From Pyrodictium abyssi (GTDB lineage Archaea; Thermoproteota; Thermoprotei_A; Sulfolobales; Pyrodictiaceae), in contig NZ_AP028907.1 of assembly GCF_036323395.1 (NCBI RefSeq), forward strand, positions 1,380,001-1,412,000: a stretch of DNA of 32,000 nucleotides, in the 5' to 3' direction. Below are positions 25,027-32,000 of this stretch, piece by piece. The notes beneath the pieces are model-generated. The model had not been told where the DNA came from. It did not search any database and worked only from the letters and a program-made list of their open reading frames with translations. Each line of letters starts with the position of its first letter. Within the stretch, counting starts at the first letter, position 1. A program made the translations under genes and the position numbers.

Positions 25027-26118
25027 TCACCCTGTCTTCTCGGTCCTAATGCGTGGGTCAAGGAGCATGTATATGAAGTCGAGCAGCAACACGGTTAGGA
25101 TAAACACTAGGGTTACGACTGAGGTTGTAGCCGTTACCACCGCGGTTTCGCCGTTGCGGAGTGCGACCCAGTAGAGTAGGCCCATGCCGGGCCAGCCAAA
25201 CACGGTCTCAGATATGATGGCGCCGCCGAAGGACCCTACGAGCGATAGGGCTACATAGGTCACTATAGGCGGGCTGCTCGTGCGCAGCACATGGCCGTAT
25301 ATCACGCGCTTCTCGGGTAGGCCGCGAGCCCGTGCTGCTAGCACGAAGTCCTGGTGCATGACCTCGAGGACGAGGTTGCGTACAAGGTATGCCCATCCGC
25401 CTATGCTCACGGATACTAGGGTTATCAGCGGCAGAGCCATGTAGTATAGCCACGTCTTTATCTCGAGGTATATCCTTGTTAGCGTAGGTAGGTCTGGCGG
25501 TATCGTCTGGAGGGCAGCGTAGACGTCCTTGGACTGTGTCGGGAATATGTCTAGGTAGAACGAGAATACGATGAGAAGGAGTATGCCAACCCACCATGTG
25601 GGGAAGCTCCAGGATATCATGCCCAGTATGGAGACTATACGGTCGAGTAGGCCTCCGGGTCTCCGAGCCATGTAGAGGCCGAGGAGTATACCCACTATGG
25701 ATGTAATTATGGTCGCTGTGGTGAATAGTATCATAGTGTTCTTGAGGGCTATCTTTACCTGCTCGCCTATATCGTTGGTCCCGAAGTAGCGGTTTCTCGA
25801 AGTACCGAAGTCGAAGGTTATAATCGATATCAGCTGCTTCTTTATCTCGTTTATAACATCCTTGTAGAACGAGCCTGTAATACCGTACCGGACCATAAGA
25901 CCTTCTTTGAGCTTTTTCAAAGCTGCTTGCAGTTCCTCTGGATCCTTATACTTCTGCTCAAGCTGCTTAGCCGCAAACACGAACTCCTCCTGGACAGCCG
26001 CTTGTTTCTCCTTTACACTATAGACGGCGAATATGCTTGATATTAGAAGCAGGGCAACAGCCAACGTAATTAACGTATTTATAAGCTTCGATACTATAAA
26101 GCGGCCTAGGCCTGCCAT
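25027..26118 (-). CDS. Oligo/dipeptide-type ABC transporter permease (OppB/DppB-like)
   Basis: 'LLGLYMARRPGGLLDRI', 'FVLAARARGLPEKRVIYGHVLRTSSPPIVTYVAL', 'ETVFGWPGMGLLYWVALRNG'. Confidence 0.93.
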   Translation of the reverse strand: MAGLGRFIVSKLINTLITLAVALLLISSIFAVYSVKEKQAAVQEEFVFAAKQLEQKYKDPEELQAALKKLKEGLMVRYGITGSFYKDVINEIKKQLISIITFDFGTSRNRYFGTNDIGEQVKIALKNTMILFTTATIITSIVGILLGLYMARRPGGLLDRIVSILGMISWSFPTWWVGILLLIVFSFYLDIFPTQSKDVYAALQTIPPDLPTLTRIYLEIKTWLYYMALPLITLVSVSIGGWAYLVRNLVLEVMHQDFVLAARARGLPEKRVIYGHVLRTSSPPIVTYVALSLVGSFGGAIISETVFGWPGMGLLYWVALRNGETAVVTATTSVVTLVFILTVLLLDFIYMLLDPRIRTEKTG

Positions 26119-26160
26119 TTTGCGGCCAGACCCCTAGTAAGGCCGGCCTTGCTGTCTATC

Positions 26161-26170
26161 GCTTATAAGT
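26161..26170 (-). promoter_or_regulatory. Candidate TATA box for the permease/ATPase transcription unit
   Basis: Reverse strand 'acttataagc', about 43-52 nt upstream of the permease start (26118). Confidence 0.45.
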
Positions 26171-26482
26171 TTGGAGTCTTAAATGTCCTAGTCTTGTTCG
26201 CACCAGTTTATCCCACTCATAAAAACATACTATCCTCGACGTAACAATAACGCTACAGTAGTAGCTAGAGCTATACTGCCATGCCACGTAATTTGAAGAC
26301 CACTGTACGCTCTGCGAAACGCGAGACCGGCTACACTGCGGGAATAGTACGGTAGCCCTTACGTAATCAGCTGCAAATGTTACTGCGCTGCAGCACTGGG
26401 CACAGTTGTCTCTAAGCCTTCGGCCCTAGTAACGAACGTGGATACAGAATGGGAGAACACAGACGGGCAGCCACTTGTTATG

Positions 26483-26501
26483 AAAAAACAAGGGGGCTTG
26501 T
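26483..26501 (-). terminator. Intrinsic-like terminator after the substrate-binding protein gene
   Basis: Reverse strand 'ACAAG-CCCC-CTTGTTTTTTC': 5-bp stem, 4-nt loop and T tract, just past the stop codon at 26514. Confidence 0.6.
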
Positions 26502-26513
26502 GCCATCCAGTCT

Positions 26514-29207
26514 TTAGGCTCTACGCCTTAGTGCGAGTGCTGCTAGCACTACTATTATCGCTATTACCGCTATTATGGCTGGCGATACGCCGCCCTTTGC
26601 TGCCTGTGTCGTCGTTGTCGGCGCGGGTGCCGTCTGCGCAGTTGTCTGTGTTGCTGTCTGCGTGGGTGTCGTTGTTGCAGTTGTCTGTGTCACCGTCTCT
26701 GTCTTCTCGGTTGTTGTAGTGGTGGTTGGCGTGGTTGTCGCAGTCTGGGTTGGTGTCGTGGTCTGCTGTGTTGTTGTCTGTGTCTGTGTTGGGGTTGATG
26801 TCGCCTGCTGTACTGGGTTGTAGAATATGTTGTCAGCTGTTACTTCTAGTAGGGCCTTCGGCACGTAGGATGGGCCGAACGGGTAGTCCTTGAAGGCTTC
26901 TAGCTCTAGCACGTTGGCTGTCGGGTTGTAGCTTACTAGCATGTAGGGGCCGTTGGATACTACCGCGTGGCCGTACTTGTTTATGAAGTTTACTAGGTTG
27001 TCTATCCTGGTGTCTAGGTCGAACGTTATGTTCAGGCCCTCTACGTAGGGTATCTTCTTGCCCTTGAGCTGCTCGGCCATAGCCTTTATCACGTCTGGGT
27101 GCTTTAGCATGTCTATTGCCTGCTCGCCTGTTGCCTCTCTGTCAGCCCAGCCGTAGTTGACGCCGTTGGGGTCCTCCACTACAGCTTTCTCCATGGCTAC
27201 TAGCAGGTGTAGCGGCACTGAGGGCCATATGTCTACCTGTGTCGCTATCAGTGCTGGGTCTACGTCGAGGTATGGTGTGTATATTGCTATGGCTGTATCG
27301 TTTATGATCTTGATGCCGAAGATGTTTGCTAGTGACCCGCTTGCAGCTGTCTCTATCTCTGGGTCGTAGTACGGGTCTGGCTGGCCCGTGATGCTGGTAT
27401 CGTTGAGTGCCCACTCGTATGTGAATGCTAGGTTGCCTAGGATGTCGGCTAGGCTCATCTTGCTGCCGTCGTGCCACTTGCCTAGCACGTAGTTGAACAC
27501 TACTACGGCCTTAGCCTTGCCGCCGTTGTCTATTAGGTCCTTTATGCCGGGTATGTAGGCCTTGTTCTTAGCAATGGCCTCGGCGACTGTTATCCACTTG
27601 TTCTCTACAGCGTCGTATACTAGGGCGTCGTCTGGGACCTTTACGTCGCCTACCTTGACGTCCCAGGTGGCGCGTATTGGTGTCGGTACGCCGGTTACCG
27701 GGTGGTTGTACATGGAGAAGTCGTGTATTAGCCTCCATATGACCTCGCTGTATACGTCAGTGAAGCCTAGTACTGGGTTCCAGGAGCTCATGAATAGTGC
27801 GCCCTGGCTGGAGAACTCTAGCACTGTTAGTGTACCGTCTACTGTGTGGGCTGTCCTTAGTGCCCAGGGTGTCCATAGGCCGGAGGTGGAGCCGTATACC
27901 ATGTAGGTTACGCGCTGCTTGTTCACGGCGAAGTACTCTAGGTTCTGGGCTATGAATATGCGGAAGGACTGCTCTAGACCCCACTTGACCATTTCACGTA
28001 TGTCGCTTATCAGCTGGTCCTTCTGATCTGGCGTGTATGTGCCGAAGAATAGCTTGTAGCCTAGCTTGTAGGCTGCTGGGTCGTATAGGTACCACCAGCT
28101 GGTTACACGGTGGTTGGGGCCGTAGCCGCGTAGAGGAGCGTAGAAGAACGCTGCGTCGTAGCGGGCCCAGTAGGCTGGGTCATCGCTCATCGATACCCAG
28201 CCCTCGGTGTACATGTGCCACATTACGCCGCCTAGGGTGTCGCTTGTGGATATCAGGTTCTGGCCGTATACTACCGGCGTTACTACGCTTCTCTCCCTCT
28301 CTATCCTGTTCACCTTTATGCCGAAGTAGTCCTCTATCCACTGGGCTATCTGGCGGCCTACCTGCAGCCTCTCGTCCTCGACACGTATTAGGAAGTTGAC
28401 TGTTACTGGCTCCTCGTAGCCGTCAGGGTACTTGAAGTATAGCACCTTCTTGCCGTTCTCCTCCTTGTAGTATAGGCCGTAGCCGTACTGCTGGTATACC
28501 TGGTTCAGCTCCTTTACGGCGGACTCGAATAGCTGTACAGCCTTCTCCACGTCAGCTATTGTTGTGATGCCCATCTCCTCGGGTATGTCGGCTACCCACT
28601 CGTAGCCGCCGTGTGTCGGGGTTATTGCTGTGAGCATCGGGTTAGCGCTGCCCTCGTAGATGCTCTGTACTATGAAGCTTCTGTCTACCAGGTACTGTAG
28701 GGCTAGCCTCATCTTGGCGCAGCCCCATGGGTTGAACTTGAGGTTGCGGTCGTCGGGGGCCACCTTGTTTATGTCTACCCAGTTGTCGCCGGTTATCTTG
28801 TCGGCGTCAACGTATACTAGGCCGGGTATTAGTACGCCGGTTATGTTGCGGTCCTTGAGCTGTATCACGCCGGGCTTCTTGGAGTCGTATACGTTAGAGG
28901 CAGGGTTTAGCGCTATGTCCACGAAGGTGGAGGCGGAGGGGACTAGTGCTAGATTCTTCATTAGGTCCTGGGGCACGTCCTTGTAGTTGCCTAGGGGCTG
29001 GCTCCACATGAATATGTCTGCGTCGCCCTTAGCTACCTGTATGATGCCAGCTGCCTGGTCCGTCGTGCTCTTGAATATAATCTTCGTGACTGGCTTGCCT
29101 ACTGGCTCCTCTGCCTGGGCGACTACAGTTATGGGGCTTAGCGATGCTATTGTTGGGAGCAGTAGGAGGGCTATTGTGAACAGCGCGATAATACGCCTGG
29201 CCTGCAT
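26514..29207 (-). CDS. Family 5-type peptide ABC transporter substrate-binding protein, C-terminally membrane anchored
   Basis: 897 aa; N-terminal signal 'IIALFTIALLLLPTIA', SBP_bac_5-like features, C-terminal Thr-rich stalk and TM 'SPAIIAVIAIIVVLAALALRRRA'; upstream of cognate permeases. Confidence 0.9.
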   Translation of the reverse strand: MQARRIIALFTIALLLLPTIASLSPITVVAQAEEPVGKPVTKIIFKSTTDQAAGIIQVAKGDADIFMWSQPLGNYKDVPQDLMKNLALVPSASTFVDIALNPASNVYDSKKPGVIQLKDRNITGVLIPGLVYVDADKITGDNWVDINKVAPDDRNLKFNPWGCAKMRLALQYLVDRSFIVQSIYEGSANPMLTAITPTHGGYEWVADIPEEMGITTIADVEKAVQLFESAVKELNQVYQQYGYGLYYKEENGKKVLYFKYPDGYEEPVTVNFLIRVEDERLQVGRQIAQWIEDYFGIKVNRIERERSVVTPVVYGQNLISTSDTLGGVMWHMYTEGWVSMSDDPAYWARYDAAFFYAPLRGYGPNHRVTSWWYLYDPAAYKLGYKLFFGTYTPDQKDQLISDIREMVKWGLEQSFRIFIAQNLEYFAVNKQRVTYMVYGSTSGLWTPWALRTAHTVDGTLTVLEFSSQGALFMSSWNPVLGFTDVYSEVIWRLIHDFSMYNHPVTGVPTPIRATWDVKVGDVKVPDDALVYDAVENKWITVAEAIAKNKAYIPGIKDLIDNGGKAKAVVVFNYVLGKWHDGSKMSLADILGNLAFTYEWALNDTSITGQPDPYYDPEIETAASGSLANIFGIKIINDTAIAIYTPYLDVDPALIATQVDIWPSVPLHLLVAMEKAVVEDPNGVNYGWADREATGEQAIDMLKHPDVIKAMAEQLKGKKIPYVEGLNITFDLDTRIDNLVNFINKYGHAVVSNGPYMLVSYNPTANVLELEAFKDYPFGPSYVPKALLEVTADNIFYNPVQQATSTPTQTQTTTQQTTTPTQTATTTPTTTTTTEKTETVTQTTATTTPTQTATQTTAQTAPAPTTTTQAAKGGVSPAIIAVIAIIVVLAALALRRRA
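26598..26804 (-). repeat. Low-complexity Thr/Gln/Pro/Ala-rich coding tract (stalk)
   Basis: Encodes ATSTPTQTQTTTQQTTTPTQTATTTPTTTTTTEKTETVTQTTATTTPTQTATQTTAQTAPAPTTTTQAA. Confidence 0.9.
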
Positions 29208-29270
29208 GTGCGTGCCACCCTTCCCGTGCCAACTACTTTACTAGTTCATGGTGTTATCAAGCCTTAACGG

Positions 29271-29284
29271 AGATTTTTAAAGCT
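29271..29284 (-). promoter_or_regulatory. Candidate TATA box for the substrate-binding protein gene
   Basis: Reverse strand 'tagctttaaaaatctcc', about 65-75 nt upstream of the start at 29207. Confidence 0.45.
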
Positions 29285-29595
29285 ACTCATAGAGTTTTAG
29301 CCCCATGCTGGTCCTGCCGTGGTAATATCCATCCAGTTCCATACTACACATAGCTCTATGACTGAGAGTATGATATAGCCTTCAACGTGCTATCAAGCAG
29401 CTAGCTTTGGGGGAGCACCCACAATCACTCTGCACGGGCGCTGGCATGCCATGGCTTTCCGGAGACACTAGAATATGCGGCGACAGCCGTTGCTACAGTC
29501 CGGCCATATCAGGACGCTAGCTTACTAGTCTTGCTAGGGGGCTGAAAAACCTGGTCCCGTGGGAGGAGATATGCGGTTGCCTAGCTAATGCCTAG

Positions 29596-30033
29596 CTAGA
29601 AGCGGGGTCTGTAGCCGCGGCGGCGCGGGGCGCCGTAGCCGCCGGTGCTGCGGCGTGGCGGCCTCCAGTCTGGCGGGGCCTGCGGCGTCTCTTCTGGTAT
29701 CTCGTCCTCTGGGGGTACGGAGTTGTCGTCTACACGTGTTATGTTGCCTCTGCCCCCGATGTTGAGGACTACCTGGCCGCGGTAGCTGGTTGTCCATGCA
29801 CCGCTTATCTCGACCACGTCGCCTACCTGGAGGCTGCCTGCTGCGTGCCCCCATAGGGTGATGCGTGTGCGGCCGGTCTCGTCTCCGACTATTGCCTCGC
29901 TTATAGTGCGGGGGCCTTTGCGGGTGTTTATCGTGCGGGGCGCCTCAGCTTCGAGGACGCGGACGCGGATACTCACGCTGTTCATTCCGGGCTTGAGCTC
30001 GGATATTTTTACATGCTCCGATCCGGCTGACAT
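29596..30033 (-). CDS. ssb: Single-stranded DNA-binding protein, OB fold (crenarchaeal SSB / RPA-like)
   Basis: 145 aa; 'KISELKPGMNSVSIRVRVLEAEAPRTINTRKGPRTISEAIVGDETGRTRITLWG...LQVGDVVEISGAW'. Confidence 0.88.
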   Translation of the reverse strand: MSAGSEHVKISELKPGMNSVSIRVRVLEAEAPRTINTRKGPRTISEAIVGDETGRTRITLWGHAAGSLQVGDVVEISGAWTTSYRGQVVLNIGGRGNITRVDDNSVPPEDEIPEETPQAPPDWRPPRRSTGGYGAPRRRGYRPRF

Positions 30034-30256
30034 GGATACGGTCTCCTCTTACGTCTAGGGGCGCGCTTACGCGCTAGACAGATGAAGCTACTGCGAAAGG
30101 CGGTTATTAAGACTTGCCCTAGTCTGTGTCTCCTCTATTGCCCCGGCGGCTGAAGCCAAGCTGGTATATCTCCGGCTGCCCGTATAGGAATCTGGCCGGG
30201 GGCTGTGTGGAGGCTGGCCTGTCCCGAGGCCGCCGGGTTGGCCGCTGTGGAGCCCC

Positions 30257-30691
30257 TCAGGGAGCGGCGTCCGAGCCCCGGTTCTCCTCTATGTGGCTGG
30301 CGGTGAAGGCGTAGGGTAGTAGCTCGCCGAGCCTCCATGACCGCCTCCGCCCAGTCTTGGTGGAGACCGATACTACTAGGGTCTCTGGGTCCCCGAACTC
30401 GGCTAGGACCTGGCGGCAGGCGCCGCAGGGCGGGAGCGGCTCCGGGGTATCGGCTACTATGGCTACCCTGGCTATGCGACGGCGGCCCGCTGCCACCATT
30501 GCCGCGACTGCTGCTCTCTCGGCACATATGGTCAGCCCGTAGCTAGCGTTCTCCACGTTGACCCCAGTGTACACTGTGCCGTCGTCGGCCTCGACGGCTG
30601 CCGCTACATGCACGTTGCTGTAGGGCGCATAGCTGTTACGATGAACGCTCATGGCCTTCTCTACTAGCTTCTCGATGCCCGGGTCCTGCAC
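30257..30691 (-). CDS. cdd: Cytidine deaminase
   Basis: 144 aa; 'NSYAPYSNVHVAAAVEADDGTVYTGVNVENASYGLTICAERAA' and 'PPCGACRQVLAEF' zinc motifs. Confidence 0.95.
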   Translation of the reverse strand: MQDPGIEKLVEKAMSVHRNSYAPYSNVHVAAAVEADDGTVYTGVNVENASYGLTICAERAAVAAMVAAGRRRIARVAIVADTPEPLPPCGACRQVLAEFGDPETLVVSVSTKTGRRRSWRLGELLPYAFTASHIEENRGSDAAP

Positions 30692-30807
30692 GCTTTCTCG
30701 CCCTCGTGTGTCCGGCTAGGGGTGGGCCCCGGGGTATCTCGGCTGCTACGAGGGGTTCAAAGAGGTCCGGGATATGGCCCCGGTAGAGCGGGGGCTAGAG
30801 AGGCGCC

Positions 30808-32000
30808 TTGTCCAGCGACGGGCTGAGGACCGTTATAGGGCTCGAGGTTCACGTACAGCTAACGAGTCTCCGGACTAAGCTGTTCTGCAGCTGCAGCGCC
30901 GACTACCGCGGGGCGCCGCCCAACACCCATGTCTGTCCGGTCTGTCTCGGGCTCCCCGGCGCCCTGCCCGTGGTGAACGAGGAGGCTGTCCGGAAGGCTA
31001 TCCAGGTCTGCCTCGCCGTGAATGGACATGTCGCCAGGCTTCTCCGGTTCGACCGTAAGCACTACTTCTACCCCGACCTGCCCAAGAACTACCAGATAAC
31101 CCAGTACCTTGAGCCGATATGCACTGGCGGCTACATAGAGGTAGAGACGCCGGAGGGCCCTAAGAGGATAAGGCTGAGACGAATCAACATCGAGGAGGAC
31201 CCGGGCAGGATTGTCTACCCTGGCGGCGGGCCGCTCACGAGCCCCTATGTGCTGGTCGACTACAACCGGAGCGGCGTCGCGCTCCTAGAGATAGTCACCG
31301 AGCCCGACATAGGCTCGCCAGAGGAGGCTGTAGCGTTCCTCGAGAAGCTCCGGAGTATCCTGGAACACCTGGGTGTCTGCGACTGCGGCCTCGAGGGCGC
31401 TATGCGCGTCGACGCTAACGTGAGCGTTGAGGGCGGTGAGCGCGTCGAGGTAAAGAACATAGGCAGCTTCCACGAGGTGAAGCGGGCGCTAGCCTACGAG
31501 ATCACTAGGCAGCGCGACCTACTGTTGAAGGGCAAGCCGGTGCGGCGGGAGACCCGCCACTGGGACCCGATACGCAAAGTCACGCTCCCGGCTAGGGTGA
31601 AAGAGACCGAGGAAGACTACCGCTACATGCCGGACCCCAACCTGCCGCCGGTGCCCATACCCAGGAGCCTTGTCGAGGAGCTGCGGGAGACGCTGCCAGA
31701 GCTGCCTGACGCGCGCGCTAAGAGGCTCGAGCGCGAGTACGGCCTCCGCCCCCAGGTGGCGAGGGTCCTGGTTACCAGGAAGGTTCTCGCCGACTTCTTC
31801 GAGGACGCCGCAAAGCTGTACCAGGGAAGCTACGAGAGGATGGCTAACTACCTGGTCAACGACCTGCTTAACTGGCTTAAGGACGACGACCTGGCAGGGC
31901 TCTACGAGAGGGTGAAGCCGGAGCACCTGGCGAAGCTGATGAAGCTCCTAGACTCCGGCGTTATAAGCATAAGGCAGGCAAAGGAGATGGCCGAGCACAT
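30808..32000 (+). CDS. gatB: Aspartyl/glutamyl-tRNA(Asn/Gln) amidotransferase subunit B (5' part, runs off the window)
   Basis: My reading frame from TTG 30808: LSSDGLRTVIGLEVHVQLTSLRTKLFCSCSADYRGAPPNTHVCPVCLGLPGALPVVNEEAV...YPDLPKNYQITQY...RIVTEPD-like core; in-frame TAG just upstream; not in the ORF track because it has no stop in the window. Confidence 0.93.
   Translation, partial: MSSDGLRTVIGLEVHVQLTSLRTKLFCSCSADYRGAPPNTHVCPVCLGLPGALPVVNEEAVRKAIQVCLAVNGHVARLLRFDRKHYFYPDLPKNYQITQYLEPICTGGYIEVETPEGPKRIRLRRINIEEDPGRIVYPGGGPLTSPYVLVDYNRSGVALLEIVTEPDIGSPEEAVAFLEKLRSILEHLGVCDCGLEGAMRVDANVSVEGGERVEVKNIGSFHEVKRALAYEITRQRDLLLKGKPVRRETRHWDPIRKVTLPARVKETEEDYRYMPDPNLPPVPIPRSLVEELRETLPELPDARAKRLEREYGLRPQVARVLVTRKVLADFFEDAAKLYQGSYERMANYLVNDLLNWLKDDDLAGLYERVKPEHLAKLMKLLDSGVISIRQAKEMAEH

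Noticed and set aside
26438-26823. Plus-strand ORFs of 93 and 82 aa
   Set aside because: Hydrophobic Val/Cys/Leu runs arise from the antisense of the Thr-rich stalk and TM coding sequence.
29585-29854. 89-aa minus-strand ORF within ssb
   Set aside because: Out-of-frame overlap with a well-supported OB-fold SSB; Arg/Pro-rich composition.
30859-31062. 67-aa minus ORF at the right end
   Set aside because: Antisense to gatB.
1-32000. CRISPR arrays, IS elements, defence or toxin-antitoxin cassettes
   Set aside because: No regularly spaced repeats, transposase motifs, terminal inverted repeats or recognisable defence genes seen; the region looks like core chromosome.

Overview
This 32 kb window is gene-dense chromosomal DNA that looks like a hyperthermophilic, Desulfurococcales-type crenarchaeon. 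That placement is inferred from protein character, GTG/TTG starts and A/T-rich TATA-like boxes. I found no CRISPR arrays, mobile elements, rRNAs or convincing tRNAs. The window contains: complex-I-like membrane-arm genes (nuoA, H, J, K); a DHPS-related protein; GDPD; a four-gene cluster of leucine-pathway-superfamily enzymes whose signatures point to citrate -> isocitrate -> 2-oxoglutarate; a long KamA-family radical SAM aminomutase; an orphan ABC ATPase; a PAP2/AUR1-like protein; a radical SAM + HhH protein; serine-biosynthesis-type genes; a stand-alone ArcS-C/DUF5591-like protein; CrcB + DUF190; a complete peptide-type ABC transporter; SSB; cytidine deaminase; and a 5' partial gatB missing from the ORF track. 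The most interesting region is ~5.1-12.1 kb. There a Re-citrate-synthase-like enzyme, a LeuC/LeuD-family aconitase candidate and an NAD-type isocitrate dehydrogenase candidate lie next to an aminomutase. That aminomutase appears to carry glutamate-2,3-aminomutase-like Lys/Asn residues in place of the lysine-binding aspartates. Together this suggests a glutamate / beta-glutamate supply locus, which is an inference needing alignment and biochemistry. Nothing was searched against databases; family calls rest on remembered motifs.
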